A DNA stretch of 64,000 bases from Eukaryota sp. GEM-RC1. Taxonomy: Eukaryota. The notes below the pieces were generated by a model that made no database searches, had not been told where the DNA came from, and saw only the letters and a program-made list of their open reading frames with translations. Numbering within the stretch: the first letter of the stretch is position 1; each line of letters begins with the position of its first letter. A program made the position numbers and the translations under genes. Where the stretch lies: positions 992,001-1,056,000 of the forward strand of contig JAUFOQ010000013.1 of NCBI GenBank assembly GCA_040285855.1, written 5' to 3'. This document shows positions 62,287 to 64,000 of the stretch, one piece after another.

Positions 62287-62581
62287 TTACATTGAACGAC
62301 TACTGTTCTTTAACTTCTCAAAAAAGGCCTTTGCACTACCCTGCTTCAGTTCTTTAGGTTCCTTGGAAACAACTTTTCGACGAGCGGTCCTTTCCTCTGC
62401 AGACACTGGTTCCTTAATCACAGTAACTCTTTCAACAGGCTCACAATCAATGATTTCACGGGCGATTGGTTCAATAAACACCTTTTCCTTCTGCTTCCAA
62501 TGGACCCATGGCATGTTCTTCGTAGTGGTAGTGGATTGTAGGTTCCTGTTCATATTCTTGTTTGTCAGTGTTCTCGGACAT
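62287..62581 (-). CDS. Small charged protein with an EP..ER..I.EPVS motif (frameshift near 62490)
   Basis: MSENTDKQEYEQEP... joins EKVFIEPIAREIIDCEPVERVTVIKEPVSAEERTARR. Confidence 0.55.
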
Positions 62582-62650
62582 TAGTGGAGGAGGGTTAGTA
62601 AAAGAAGATCTCTTGAGATTGAAAAGCTAACTTCGCACATTTCAACATTG

Positions 62651-62947
62651 ATGGATAAATACTGTGTTAAAGAGATAAGAGAATGGAAGGATGAGCCTGA
62701 TGAAGAGGAAATCTCAGAGTTTCGAAGGCGACAACCAGAATCATCTCAGAAAACTGAAGAAGTTGAGACTGGAGTTTGTACCGAGACAGAAAGAATCATC
62801 TATGAACCAGTAATGAAGGAGCGAAAGATTAGTCAACAAATGGAACGATCGGTCTGTATACGAGAGCCAGTTAGTGAAGAAGAGGTGACTGCTGGAAGAG
62901 AAGAATTGCAACTGGAAGAACAGGACGTAGACACAGAGTCTTCATGA
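62651..62947 (+). CDS. Small acidic protein, paralog of the divergent neighbour
   Basis: ERIIYEPVMKERKISQQMERSVCIREPVSEEEVTAGR aligns without gaps to the neighbour. Confidence 0.55.
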   Translation: MDKYCVKEIREWKDEPDEEEISEFRRRQPESSQKTEEVETGVCTETERIIYEPVMKERKISQQMERSVCIREPVSEEEVTAGREELQLEEQDVDTESS

Positions 62948-63463
62948 CACAGATAAAGTTCATGTCAAAAAAGTGTTATAGATACAGCAAATCTCAAGAA
63001 GGAATCTTACATGAAACATATGAGAAGAACACTAAATGGTGTTGTATAGAGGATGATATTGCTGGATTCTGAAAAATCAAATCCGATTGGGCAATTGCTC
63101 CATTCGTCAACTAAGAGTTTTTGTTGACAGTATTTCCTTCTTTGTATGAATGTATCATTCAGTTATCGTATTATTAGAACAATTGGAACACTGAGAGCTC
63201 GAACAAATTCAACATGACAGGTCTTTAAACGGGAAACTTCATTCACTGGAGTTAAGTAGATTACCCCCAATGTGTAAGTTCAGAGTAGAAACGAACAATT
63301 ATGACACATCGGTCGTCATAACGTCATGAGTCTGTCTTGACAAAATTGAATGACCCATCAAATTGTATTGGATCGTTTTTTGCATTCATTTGAGTTTAGG
63401 CAGTAAGCTCTCATGATTAAGTTTTGAATTGATTCTAGAATAATTTAAGGACACTAATTTCCT

Positions 63464-63685
63464 ATGTCTTCCAAATCCAAGAAAAAGCAAGATACGTTGG
63501 ATCTATGTGTTCTTCCTGTCGCCACACTGCGGCGATATCAACAATTCTTTGCTCTCAAATCAAATGTAGGTCGTCGAGAACTTGGTACGATGGTTACACG
63601 ACATTTCAACGCCTTCCCAGTGGAAGAAGGCTCAGCTGTACGGAATTTCATAGAGTATGTTCGTGAACAGGCAGACGAAGATTAG
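63464..63685 (+). CDS. SAP30: Sin3-associated protein SAP30, Sin3-binding domain only
   Basis: LDL..L.V.TLRRY...F.L.......EL...V.RHF...PV.E......FI..V. Confidence 0.87.
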   Translation: MSSKSKKKQDTLDLCVLPVATLRRYQQFFALKSNVGRRELGTMVTRHFNAFPVEEGSAVRNFIEYVREQADED

Positions 63686-64000
63686 TTGCTTTCCACTGTA
63701 CCGTCTGTATCCTTCTTCGAACAACTGTGTTTTGTTATACTTCAACCTACAATTATTTTTGCGTATGTAGATCGTCAATGTGTTCAATCTCTCCTGGTCT
63801 TTCTTATAAACCAGATATCTCTTCAAATGAACCCTCTCCCAAATATCCACCTTGACACAGACCTATCACATCACATCTGTTTTTCTAGAAAGTTCAATCT
63901 GTTGTGTACATGTTCGTCATCTGGAAATCTCATCACTCATAAAATATCTCCTACTTCTACTCGTTTACACTGTTCTTTTCCTGTATATCTTCCCAAGAAT

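Noticed and set aside
25944..63685. Reassigned stop codons (TAA/TAG as sense)
   Set aside because: Conserved genes end at TAA or TAG at the expected positions, and the two membrane paralogs end at the same residue with TAA and TAG respectively.
63690..64000. Minus-strand coding-like segment at the window edge
   Set aside because: Several in-frame stops and truncation by the window; not identifiable.

Overview
AT-rich, compact, apparently intron-poor eukaryotic (protist-like) DNA using the standard code. Many single-base indels in homopolymers split genes into several ORFs; these are most likely long-read assembly errors. The left ~23 kb is a nested mobile-element zone: four hAT elements with 8-bp TSDs, a TA-flanked Tc1/mariner-pogo MITE, a MULE/SWIM remnant, and 5'-truncated RT-RLE non-LTR copies with TSDs. 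It also holds an extremely AT-rich island of three small genes sharing a TAAAAAAATGAWTTTTTAT upstream motif (probable endogenous cytoplasmic DNA virus fragment). At 16.4-22.9 kb is a co-oriented cassette of a DEAH-helicase chimera plus an ORF in which a canonical 2A/StopGo motif (DIESNPGP) directly precedes an intact Ulp1/C48 protease. The 23-40 kb block holds housekeeping genes: PSMD5-like, TAF11, SF3B5, ADAT3, a tandem degenerate+active threonine dehydratase fusion, and a giant LRR/ARM protein. At 40.7-46.9 kb is a full-length chromodomain Ty3/gypsy element with only 77-bp LTRs and a CATG TSD. At 47-62 kb is a convergent inverted pair of ~1750-aa TmcB-like membrane proteins, followed by a divergent small paralog pair and SAP30. 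All protein calls rest on motif recognition by eye; no database searches were run.
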